Position numbers and translations under genes: made by a program. A stretch of DNA of 29,886 bases from Gaiellales bacterium (GTDB lineage Bacteria > Actinomycetota > Thermoleophilia > Gaiellales > F1-60-MAGs149), in assembly GCA_964203735.1 (NCBI GenBank), contig CAXNNM010000001.1:1-29886 (forward strand). Direction: 5' to 3'. Below are positions 14,903-23,705 of this stretch, one piece after another. A model generated the notes under the pieces. The model made no database searches and was not told the DNA's origin. It was given only the letters and a program-made list of their open reading frames with translations. The first letter of the stretch is position 1; each line of letters opens with the position of its first letter.

Positions 14903-14984
14903 GGGTGGGTTGTAGCAGGGTTGTTGGGGGGTTGGGGTCCCCCGGGGGACCCCAACCCCCCAACAACCCTGCTACAACCCACCC

Positions 14985-16583
14985 ATGCATCAGCCCATCG
15001 AGACCGTTCTGATCAACGCCAAGGTTCGCACGCTCGACCCCGCCAACCCGCACGCCACCGCAGTCGCCCTTGGTTCGGGTGCGATCCTCGCGATCGGTTC
15101 GGATGCCGAACTGCGGGCCACGGCTGGCACGGCCGAGGTGATCGACCTGCAAGGTGCAGCGTTGGTGCCGGGCATTACGGATTCGCACGTCCACCCGTTG
15201 ATGGGCGCGCTCGATGCTCGCGGCGCGGACCTGCTGGACGCCTTTACCTGGGACGACGTACTCGCCGGCATTCGGGCCGAGGCGGCCGATAAGGGGCCGG
15301 ACGAGTGGGTGATTGGTTGGGGTCTGCTCTACGACGCCTTCCAGGGACGCCCGATCCATCGCGAGCTGATCGAGGAGGCCGCTGGTGGTCGCCCGGTCTT
15401 CATCAAGTTCATGGATTTCCATACCGCGCTGGTCTCGCAGCGCGCGCTCGACATCGCGGGCATCACGGGTTCACGGACGTTTACGGAGAACGCCGAGATC
15501 GTCTGCGACGCCGCGGGTGCGCCGACAGGCGAGCTGCGCGAGTGGGGTGCGATTGGCCTTGTCGAAGAGGCGATGCCGCCAATCTCACACACGCAGAAGC
15601 TCGACTTCTATGCGGCGCAGATGCTCAAGTTTGCGGCCGTCGGGATCACCGGCATTCACGGCATGGACGGCGACCTGTCGACGCTCGACACGTTGCGCGA
15701 ACTTGAGGCCTCTGGGCGACTACGTACGCGTCTGACGATGCCGTTCTGGATCAAGCCCGAGATGACCGAGGCCGAGTGGGAGACGTTTATCCCGCATCGT
15801 GATGCCCGTGGCCGCCGCTGGCGTGGTGGAGTCGCCAAGTTCTTCATCGATGGTGTCATCGACACCGGTACGGCGTGGCTCTGCGAGCCCGACTCGGAGG
15901 GTGAGGGGCTGCTGCCGTTCTGGCCCGACCCAGCCAAGTACCGCAAGGCCGTCAAGCGCTTTGCCGATGCGGGCTTCCAATGCTCGACGCACGCCTGTGG
16001 CGATCGCGGCGTGCGTGAGGCACTCGACGCGTACCGCGACGCTGGTGCCCAAGAAGGCATCCGTCATCGCATCGAACACATCGAGACGCTGCAGCTGTCG
16101 GATCTACCGCGCTTTGCCGCCGAGAACGTGGTTGCCTCGATGCAGACGCAGCACATGATGTGGCTCGATCCTGCCCGCACCTGCAACTGGACGACACGCA
16201 TGGGCACGGGTCGCTGCGACCGCGCCTTCCCGACGCGCTCGCTGCGCGAGTCCGGTGCAATCGTGGCGCTCGGCTCCGACTGGCCCGTCGCCCGCTTCGA
16301 TCCGCGCATCGGCATGGCCTCCGCGCAACTGCGCCGACCACCCGGCTACAAGCGCGACGCCTTCGACACGCAAAACATCGATGGTCTGGCCGCGCTCGAG
16401 GGCTACACGACGATGGCTGCACGCACGATCTCCGAGGAGCATCGGCTTGGACGAATCAAGATCGGCTACTGCGCCGACCTGACCGCGTTCGCCGAAGATC
16501 CAGTCACCTGCAATCCCGACGAGTTGATCACCAACCCCGTCCGGATGACGATGGTCGACGGCGAGATTGTCTACCGCGGCTAG
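14985..16583 (+). CDS. Mirror copy: amidohydrolase family 3
   Basis: Identical translation to 13304-14902. Confidence 0.88.
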   Translation: MHQPIETVLINAKVRTLDPANPHATAVALGSGAILAIGSDAELRATAGTAEVIDLQGAALVPGITDSHVHPLMGALDARGADLLDAFTWDDVLAGIRAEAADKGPDEWVIGWGLLYDAFQGRPIHRELIEEAAGGRPVFIKFMDFHTALVSQRALDIAGITGSRTFTENAEIVCDAAGAPTGELREWGAIGLVEEAMPPISHTQKLDFYAAQMLKFAAVGITGIHGMDGDLSTLDTLRELEASGRLRTRLTMPFWIKPEMTEAEWETFIPHRDARGRRWRGGVAKFFIDGVIDTGTAWLCEPDSEGEGLLPFWPDPAKYRKAVKRFADAGFQCSTHACGDRGVREALDAYRDAGAQEGIRHRIEHIETLQLSDLPRFAAENVVASMQTQHMMWLDPARTCNWTTRMGTGRCDRAFPTRSLRESGAIVALGSDWPVARFDPRIGMASAQLRRPPGYKRDAFDTQNIDGLAALEGYTTMAARTISEEHRLGRIKIGYCADLTAFAEDPVTCNPDELITNPVRMTMVDGEIVYRG

Positions 16584-16592
16584 CTCGGCCGG

Positions 16593-17006
16593 CTAGCGGG
16601 GTCCGAGCCAGCGCAGGGGCTGATGGGTGATCGCCGCGATCGTCTCGAAGTCTCGATCGCGATGGATGATGACCTGTTCGGCGGCGATTGCGGCGCCAGC
16701 GATCAGCAAGTCGACAACAGGGATCGATCGATGCTTGGATCCGGAGCGTTTGGCGAGTGCACGTTGGATATCGGCAGCAAGCCGGAAGGCTTCACGTTCG
16801 ACTGGGGTATCTGGCAGAGCGGAAAGTCGAGCGTCGAGCGTGTCGAACTGGCGCAGGTTCGAGACGCCGCGTAGGAGTTCGAGACGCACCGGGTCGCAGG
16901 TTCCCGCTGTGCCGTGTTCGATCTCCGTTAGCAGGTCGCCTGTCGCCGCAGCAGAGGGATTGCGTTCGGCCCAGATCCAGCCGGAGCTGTCGATCAGAGC
17001 ACTCAT
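16593..17006 (-). CDS. vapC: Mirror copy: VapC PIN toxin
   Basis: Mirror of 12881-13294. Confidence 0.9.
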   Translation of the reverse strand: MSALIDSSGWIWAERNPSAAATGDLLTEIEHGTAGTCDPVRLELLRGVSNLRQFDTLDARLSALPDTPVEREAFRLAADIQRALAKRSGSKHRSIPVVDLLIAGAAIAAEQVIIHRDRDFETIAAITHQPLRWLGPR

Positions 17007-17227
17007 ACGACCGGTCGCTCGTACGCTCCGCGCTGGTGTCGCATGTCCTGGAGCTCTTCCTCCGTGATACCGAACGGGGTCGAGAGCAGCCCTCGTCGCA
17101 GCTCGAGCTCCACCGCCATGGTGAGCGCGCGATTGACGGTCTCTGTGGGTCCGCTCGTGCTGAGCAGGCGTTCCGCTTCGGCGAGCAGTTGCTCGTCGAT
17201 GTAGAGCGAGGTGTGTTTCTTGGCCAT
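17003..17227 (-). CDS. vapB: Mirror copy: VapB antitoxin
   Basis: Mirror of 12660-12884. Confidence 0.83.
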   Translation of the reverse strand: MAKKHTSLYIDEQLLAEAERLLSTSGPTETVNRALTMAVELELRRGLLSTPFGITEEELQDMRHQRGAYERPVV

Positions 17228-17427
17228 CGTTTCTATGCCTCAAAGTTAGCGTACGTGTCGCACTGAAAATAGCGTACGCATGTGTCACAATCACGCCTTT
17301 CGCGCGCGGACTGCACCGCCCCTTGTACAGCATTGATCAGGCCCGTAACGCGGCGGCCGACTCTGCGTCGGTACGGCCGAATGCTCACCGGCGGCGGCGA
17401 GCGCAGTCGCGGCGACGAGCCTCGATC

Positions 17428-17444
17428 GTTCCGCTGGTCGGAAC
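17428..17444. promoter_or_regulatory. Mirror copy: candidate operator 2 (GTTCCGCTGGTCGGAAC)
   Basis: Mirror of 12443-12459. Confidence 0.63.
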
Positions 17445-17518
17445 AGCGCCCGAAATGTTGACCAGAGGGCCTCTCGGACGCTAGCGTGCACCTACCTACT
17501 TACGCGCGGGAGCCCCCG

Positions 17519-18943
17519 ATGACCGAGCTACACCACACCATCATTCCGTACGAGTCGATCGATCCGCTGACGATTGGGTCGGCCGATGACGACACGCTGG
17601 TCTATCGCGATACCCTCGAGTTGTCGTTCCCGCTCAAGAACCTGATGGCAGATATTCGTCCCAACGAGCCGGAGCCCACTGCGAGTACGCTAGAGGCTGC
17701 GCGACACGCACTTCGCAACCCGCAGAGTGGGCCGACGTTCGCCGAGTTGATCAAGGGTGGCAAGTCCGTCGCTGTGGTGATCGACAATCAGTTCCGGCCG
17801 ACGCCGCAGATGAAGATCTTGCCCGCCATCTTTGACGAGCTCGAGGCGGCTGGTGTCACGGATGCGGTCGTCGTCTGTGCCAACGGCAAGGTCTTCCCAA
17901 TGTCGGAGTCGGACATTGATCAGAAGATCGGCCGCGAGAACCTCGCCCGCATGAAGCAAATGGGAATTCCGTTCTTTCAGAACGATCCACGCGAAGTGGA
18001 TAATTACTCCTTCGTCGGCGTCTCATCGCGTGGCACACCGGTCTGGCTCCACAACGAAGTGATGAAGCGTGATGTCACGATCACGATCGGTCAGGCGCAG
18101 TCAAACCATTGGGGCGCGGGCGGTGGTGGCAAGTTGATCATGCCAGGCGTCGTGTCCGACGAGACGATCGAGTCCAACCATGGAGCCTTCGTCCCCTCAC
18201 CGCAGACGCATTACGGTGCGCTCGGCGGGCCGATGCGGGCAGATATCGACGAGGTGGCGACGATGTGTGGCCTTGACTGCACACTCAATGCGATTCTCGA
18301 CACCCGCGGGCGCGCGATCGAGCTGATCTTCGGGCGTCACCCCGAGGCCCATGTCGCAGCGATCACGCGATTCAACGAGATCTATGCCTACGATAGCCCG
18401 GTCGCCGAACACGGGCAGGCGGACATCGTGGTCTGCGGCGTCTTTGCGCCGACCGACCATCTTTTCTTCCACACCGGCTGGGGTTGCATGAGCGCTGACC
18501 CGATTCTGAAGGACGGCGGGGATCTCATTTATTGCTCGCCATCGCCCGGCGTACACACAGCGATTGGTGATTTTCCGGGTCTCGCTTTGATGGATCTAAT
18601 GACGCCATATATGCCACCGACGACCGCAAGCTACGAGCGCGTGCTGCGCGATATCCATTCGCGCACGATCCAGATGTGGGCCGGCTGCATCTGGGTGCCA
18701 ATCTACGAGGTGATGACGCGCAAGCACCTAACAATGGTGACGCTGGAAGAGAACCTCGCAATGGCGGCGGAGATCGGCATTGCCGCTAGCACCTCGCTCC
18801 AAGAGACGTTCGATCGTGCGCTCGAAAAGCATGGGCCGGATGCGAAGGTCGTGATCTTGCCCTTCGCCCGCTACCAGCTCGCGCGCCACATGATTCGGAT
18901 GACGCCGAACGAGCCGCCGCCTGTGGAGATCCCGACGCACTAG
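17519..18943 (+). CDS. larA: Mirror copy: divergent LarA-family protein
   Basis: Mirror of 10944-12368. Confidence 0.83.
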   Translation: MTELHHTIIPYESIDPLTIGSADDDTLVYRDTLELSFPLKNLMADIRPNEPEPTASTLEAARHALRNPQSGPTFAELIKGGKSVAVVIDNQFRPTPQMKILPAIFDELEAAGVTDAVVVCANGKVFPMSESDIDQKIGRENLARMKQMGIPFFQNDPREVDNYSFVGVSSRGTPVWLHNEVMKRDVTITIGQAQSNHWGAGGGGKLIMPGVVSDETIESNHGAFVPSPQTHYGALGGPMRADIDEVATMCGLDCTLNAILDTRGRAIELIFGRHPEAHVAAITRFNEIYAYDSPVAEHGQADIVVCGVFAPTDHLFFHTGWGCMSADPILKDGGDLIYCSPSPGVHTAIGDFPGLALMDLMTPYMPPTTASYERVLRDIHSRTIQMWAGCIWVPIYEVMTRKHLTMVTLEENLAMAAEIGIAASTSLQETFDRALEKHGPDAKVVILPFARYQLARHMIRMTPNEPPPVEIPTH

Positions 18944-18951
18944 GCCGACAC

Positions 18952-19233
18952 GTGACCACCGAGTTCAGCATCACTGGCTCGACGTTACTGGTCGATATCT
19001 TCAAAAAATATCCCGGTACGGCGGCCGAACTTTCGCGACGGTTGTACTGGCCGTGCGCGCACTGCAGTGGTGCTCTCTCCGAGCCCTTGACGATGGCTGC
19101 GATCCGGCACCGCAACTCGCCGCGTGCAGTACTTGAGGCCTTCCGGTCACTCGCCGACAACGGACCAACGGAGGAGCAAATTGCGGCTGCCGGCGTTAAA
19201 GTGCCGCGCCGTCCTGGGTATCAGTCTCGATAG
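18952..19233 (+). CDS. Mirror copy: CxxC DUF1858-like protein
   Basis: Mirror of 10654-10935. Confidence 0.58.
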   Translation: MTTEFSITGSTLLVDIFKKYPGTAAELSRRLYWPCAHCSGALSEPLTMAAIRHRNSPRAVLEAFRSLADNGPTEEQIAAAGVKVPRRPGYQSR

Positions 19234-19257
19234 CCCCTCAGGTGGTCTGGCTAGGAA

Positions 19258-20034
19258 CTATCCGGCGTCGGCCCCGAGTAGCACGCTCATTTCGCGGGCG
19301 GCAGAGGTGACGGCCTCCGCGAGCGTGGTGACACCAACCGCATCGAGGCGAAACAGAGGAACGCAGGTGCTGATGGCTGCGATGGCGATGCCGTTGACGT
19401 CCATAATTGGTGCAGCCACGCCACCGACCTCTGACTGGAAACCGCCGCGGTTGACCGCATAGCCTGCTGTACGGATTGTCGAGAGCTCGGCATCGAGGTC
19501 GAGCCAGCGTTGCTTCGCCGTTGGGGTAGGGGAAGATTCGCCACGGGCGGTAAGGTAGGCGACACTCTCCGGTGGCCCAAAGGCGAGCAGGGCTAGGCCG
19601 CCGGACACACAATGCGCGGGCGCTCGGCCACCAATTTCCCCAACGCTACGCACGGGCTTACGGGACGTGACCTGCTCGACGTAGACGACGTCGCCCTCAT
19701 CGAAGACGGTCAACTGTGCCGTCTCGCCGGTGCGATCCCGCAGGGCCGCGAGGATCGGCAGTGCTGCGCTGCGCAGGTCGAGGCCGGCTTCGACACCTTG
19801 GGCGAGGTAGAGGCAGCGAGGCCCGAGCCGATACGTCGAATTGGTGTTCTGGACGACGTAGTCGCGCGCCTCGAGCGTCTTGACTAGCCGATGGGCGGTT
19901 GCCTTGCCAGCGCCAATCCGTGAGGCAAGTTCGGTGACGCCGAGATCGCCAGAGCGTGCGAGCTCCTCGAGTAATCGCAGTGAGCGGTCGACGGATGCCA
20001 GGCTCGTCGCGCTACGAGTGACTTCGTCGTTCAT
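19258..20034 (-). CDS. Mirror copy: IclR-family regulator
   Basis: Mirror of 9853-10629. Confidence 0.9.
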   Translation of the reverse strand: MNDEVTRSATSLASVDRSLRLLEELARSGDLGVTELASRIGAGKATAHRLVKTLEARDYVVQNTNSTYRLGPRCLYLAQGVEAGLDLRSAALPILAALRDRTGETAQLTVFDEGDVVYVEQVTSRKPVRSVGEIGGRAPAHCVSGGLALLAFGPPESVAYLTARGESSPTPTAKQRWLDLDAELSTIRTAGYAVNRGGFQSEVGGVAAPIMDVNGIAIAAISTCVPLFRLDAVGVTTLAEAVTSAAREMSVLLGADAG

Positions 20035-20753
20035 GCGACGAAACCCGCCGCGGAGGCGGCGTAGACGAAGCCAAAGCAGAGCGCGAGGCTGCCGCCGACG
20101 CCAGCAATCCAACGTTGATCAACGCGTCGCTCGCTACCGTCAAGGCTCCGGCAGAGCACCCACGAGCAGCAGGCCATCGAGAGCATGCAGAAGCCGGCGA
20201 TGACCACGAGTGAGAGGCAGGCGAGCAGTGGGCTCTCGAGGCGCGTGAGAATGAGTGCGACGATGCTGGCGCTGCCAGCGGCCCCATGGAGCAGACCAAT
20301 CGAGAAGGCGCTCCGCGTCGATCGGATGCCATGCGCGTGCGCGCCGGCACCGTGGACGTGGGGGTGAGAGTGTACGACGCCGTCACCATGGGCGTGCTCG
20401 TGCGCGTGGGCCCTCAGCTCTACGAGTCCCCACAGCACACGGATTGAGAGCACGATGATGAGTATGCCGACAGCCACCTCAAGCCCCTGCTGCAGCGCAG
20501 TGGGGAGTTGTCCAACGAACAGGATCAAGGGCACTCCGACGAGGATCATCGTCACCGCATGACCAGCGCCCCAGGCGAGGCCCAGTCGATGGGGTGGTCG
20601 CTGGCTGCCTCTCAGGCGCAGGGAGAGCAACGCTGTCAGGTGATCGGGATCCGTTGCGTGACGCAGTCCGAGCAGGACTGCGACAACGAGGACAAAAACC
20701 CAACCACCACCCACGGTCGAGAGGTGCTCGTCAATGGGATCGAACAGTCCCAT
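20031..20753 (-). CDS. Mirror copy: Ni/Co transporter
   Basis: Mirror of 9134-9856. Confidence 0.78.
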   Translation of the reverse strand: MGLFDPIDEHLSTVGGGWVFVLVVAVLLGLRHATDPDHLTALLSLRLRGSQRPPHRLGLAWGAGHAVTMILVGVPLILFVGQLPTALQQGLEVAVGILIIVLSIRVLWGLVELRAHAHEHAHGDGVVHSHPHVHGAGAHAHGIRSTRSAFSIGLLHGAAGSASIVALILTRLESPLLACLSLVVIAGFCMLSMACCSWVLCRSLDGSERRVDQRWIAGVGGSLALCFGFVYAASAAGFVA

Positions 20754-21610
20754 CAGCGGTTCTCCACGCACTGCGCGATCGGGAGGCTGCTGACGAATTG
20801 GCGCGTCAAACTTCCCGACCGAAAGGGCGTGGCACTGATCTCCACGCTGGTGTAGCCGGCGACCGTGACGGCCGCGACGATCGCTGGCTCAAGCAGATCG
20901 CGACGGGCGAGGTCATTCTCGCTCAATTCGACGCGACCTAGCTCGTCGTAGTGACGAACCCGCAGTGGTCCGAGTCCGAGTCCGTGCAGAGCCTGCTCGG
21001 CACGATCAATCTGCGCCAATGTATCCGCGTGGACCGGCGTACCGTGGGGGATGCGCGAGGCTAGGCATGGGCTGGCGACCTTCTTGGCGTTCGGTACGCC
21101 CAGGTGTGCCGCGAGCAGCCGCACCTGGTCTTTGTCAACGGCAAACTCAACCAACGGATGCAGTACGCCGTGTTCCTCCGCTGCAATTAGGCCGGGGCGC
21201 CAGTCGCCAAGGTCATCCGCGTTCGCGCCCGACAGCACGGCTGCGTAGCCGCGCTGCTGGGCGATCGCAGCGAGGTTGTCGTAGAGCTCGGATTTGCAGT
21301 GATAGCAGCGGTCGGAACCGTTCGCGCGATAGCCGGCGCGCGCCAGCTCATTCGTCATAATCGCCTCGTGCCGGATGCCAACGGTGAGAGCCACGCTGGC
21401 GGCGCCATCGAGCTCGCCCGTGGCGAGCGCCGGAGAGACAGCAGTTACGGCGAGCGCTCGCTCGCCGAGGGCACGGACGGCCAAGGCGGCGACCACCGAC
21501 GAATCGACACCACCTGACAGCGCAACTACAGCCCCATCGAGCCCGGCGACCCGTTCGACGATCCGGTCGCTGAGCCGTGTCAGTGCGTGGGGAGAGGGGG
21601 GCGTGCTCAT
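20753..21610 (-). CDS. larE: Mirror copy: LarE
   Basis: Mirror of 8277-9134. Confidence 0.9.
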   Translation of the reverse strand: MSTPPSPHALTRLSDRIVERVAGLDGAVVALSGGVDSSVVAALAVRALGERALAVTAVSPALATGELDGAASVALTVGIRHEAIMTNELARAGYRANGSDRCYHCKSELYDNLAAIAQQRGYAAVLSGANADDLGDWRPGLIAAEEHGVLHPLVEFAVDKDQVRLLAAHLGVPNAKKVASPCLASRIPHGTPVHADTLAQIDRAEQALHGLGLGPLRVRHYDELGRVELSENDLARRDLLEPAIVAAVTVAGYTSVEISATPFRSGSLTRQFVSSLPIAQCVENR

Positions 21611-22851
21611 TGTCCGGCACCGTGAGCCTGCGCGAGCGCTGCCGACCAGATCTCCTTGACGGGCACGCCGAGTGCCCGCGCCGCAACGACACAGTCGCGG
21701 TGCTCCGGTGCGACGTTGACGATGGCGTCATCGAGCAGCCCGCGCTTGACACGGATGTCGTGGCCGTGGACCTCCACCGAGATGAAGTCGCGGTCAAGTT
21801 CGATGCGGTGTCCGTCGGTGATGCGGACGCCGAGGGTACTCGTCGAACGCAGCAGCGCGGTTGCGACGGCCTCTCGATCGACGGGGCGCGCGATCGCGGT
21901 GATGGTCACGCCGTGGCGGCCGTGTTTCATGACTACGGGAGTGGTCCAGACATCGAGCGCGCCGGCGCTGCGCACATCGTCGAGCGCGTCGGGCACGAGT
22001 TCTGGGTTGAGATCATCGATTGTCGCCTCGACAATCGCGATTTCGTCGCGCGGGGAAGCAAGCGGCGAGCCGACGAGGACGCGCACGAGGTTTGGAACCT
22101 CGGCCGTGTCGCGTTGACCAGCCCCGTACCCGGTCGCTCCGAGTCGCAGCGCGGGAACGCCACCCCACGCGTCGACGACGGCGGCGACCAGGGCGGCCCC
22201 CGTTGGCGTCACGGTCTCGCCCTGAACGAGACTCGGAGCAATCGGGGAGCCTTGGAGAATCTCAAGCACTGCCGGTGCTGGCAGTGGGATCTGCCCGTGC
22301 GCGGCCGCCGTGACCCCACGGCCAAGCGGGAGTGGACCCGCTTCAATACGGTCGGCTCCGAGGGCCTCTAGCGCGGCACAGACGCCAACGATGTCGGCGA
22401 TCGCGTCGATGGCTCCAACCTCGTGAAAATGTACATCCTCGGGGTCTTGGCCGTGAACACGACCTTCGGCGTGAGCGAGCAACTCGAAGGCGCGGTGTGC
22501 GCGGGCGGCAGCTCGCGGCGCGAGGTCGGCCGCGTCAAGCAATGCGCGGACATCACGCCAGGTGCGATGGACGTGGCCTTCATCGGGGCCGACAATGGTG
22601 ACCGTGCGGGCACCAATCGCGTGTCGTTCGGTGTGGCCAACCGTGACCGTGAGCCCCGGTACCAGCGAGCCGACGGCGGCCTCGACCGACTCGAGTGGTG
22701 CACCAGCATCGAGCAGTGCGGCGAGCAACATGTCGCCAGCGGCTCCTCCGATGGCATCGATATAGACGATGCCCCGTGCTGTCGGCAGCACCGTTGCGTG
22801 GTGTTTGTGATTGTGGTCGTGGTCGTGTCCGTCGTGTCCGTCGTGTCCCAT
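21607..22851 (-). CDS. larC: Mirror copy: LarC
   Basis: Mirror of 7036-8280. Confidence 0.9.
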   Translation of the reverse strand: MGHDGHDGHDHDHNHKHHATVLPTARGIVYIDAIGGAAGDMLLAALLDAGAPLESVEAAVGSLVPGLTVTVGHTERHAIGARTVTIVGPDEGHVHRTWRDVRALLDAADLAPRAAARAHRAFELLAHAEGRVHGQDPEDVHFHEVGAIDAIADIVGVCAALEALGADRIEAGPLPLGRGVTAAAHGQIPLPAPAVLEILQGSPIAPSLVQGETVTPTGAALVAAVVDAWGGVPALRLGATGYGAGQRDTAEVPNLVRVLVGSPLASPRDEIAIVEATIDDLNPELVPDALDDVRSAGALDVWTTPVVMKHGRHGVTITAIARPVDREAVATALLRSTSTLGVRITDGHRIELDRDFISVEVHGHDIRVKRGLLDDAIVNVAPEHRDCVVAARALGVPVKEIWSAALAQAHGAGQ

Positions 22852-23633
22852 CAGACACTCTCCTCGCCAGCGGCTCGTCGGGCAATTCGGGCCGCGATCG
22901 TCCCGGCGCTGAAGCCATCGTCGATATTGACGACAGCGACGCCGGCCGCACATGAAGCGAGCATCGCGTGCAATGCGGCCACGCCACCGAAAGTAACGCC
23001 GTAGCCGGTACTCGTCGGCACGGCAATCACGGGAGCCGCGACATAACCACCGACGACGCTGGCGAGCGCGGCATCCATACCGGCACAGACGATGACGCAG
23101 TCCACATCCTCGAGTTCGGGAAGGACGGCGAGAAGGCGGTGTAGGCCTGCAACGCCAGCGTCCTCATAGGTGTCGACGTGGGTGCCAATGAGTTCTGCGC
23201 GAATGCGCGCCTCGTGAACAGCGTGTCCATCGCTCGTACCGGCCGAGACGATCGCCACGCGTCCAAGTGGTTCGGGGAGCGCACGTTCGAGCCAAATACA
23301 GCGGGCACGCCGATGGAATTGCGCATCGGGATACGCTGTCAGCACGGCCTCAAAACAGGCCTCATCAACGCGTGTCACGAGGACGCTCGACGATGTTCCC
23401 TCAGCGAGAGCGGCCATGATTGCGATGACCTCGTGCGGGGTTTTGCCTTCGGCGAGCACTGCCTCAGGTGCGCCCTGTCGCAGCTCGCGGTGGTTATCGA
23501 CGCGAGCGAAGCCGAGGTTGCGAAAGGGCAGCTCGCGTAGCTCTCGCGTAGCCTCGTCAAGACCGAGCGAACCGTCGCGCACGCTCTCGAGCAGCATGGT
23601 GAGTGGATCGGTTGTTCGCTTTACGGGATCCAT
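22851..23633 (-). CDS. larB: Mirror copy: LarB
   Basis: Mirror of 6254-7036. Confidence 0.9.
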   Translation of the reverse strand: MDPVKRTTDPLTMLLESVRDGSLGLDEATRELRELPFRNLGFARVDNHRELRQGAPEAVLAEGKTPHEVIAIMAALAEGTSSSVLVTRVDEACFEAVLTAYPDAQFHRRARCIWLERALPEPLGRVAIVSAGTSDGHAVHEARIRAELIGTHVDTYEDAGVAGLHRLLAVLPELEDVDCVIVCAGMDAALASVVGGYVAAPVIAVPTSTGYGVTFGGVAALHAMLASCAAGVAVVNIDDGFSAGTIAARIARRAAGEESV

Positions 23634-23678
23634 CGTGGCGGGAGTCTACGGTGGGTGGGCCAACAAACGCAAGATCTT

Positions 23679-23695
23679 GTTCCGCTCAGCGGATT
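23679..23695. promoter_or_regulatory. Mirror copy: candidate operator 1
   Basis: Mirror of 6192-6208. Confidence 0.63.
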
Positions 23696-23705
23696 CGTGT
23701 TTACT

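Noticed and set aside
14465-15422. 275-aa ORFs 14465-15292 (+) and 14595-15422 (-) crossing the axis
   Set aside because: They run antisense or off-frame to the amidohydrolase, have no recognisable motif, and exist only because of the junction.
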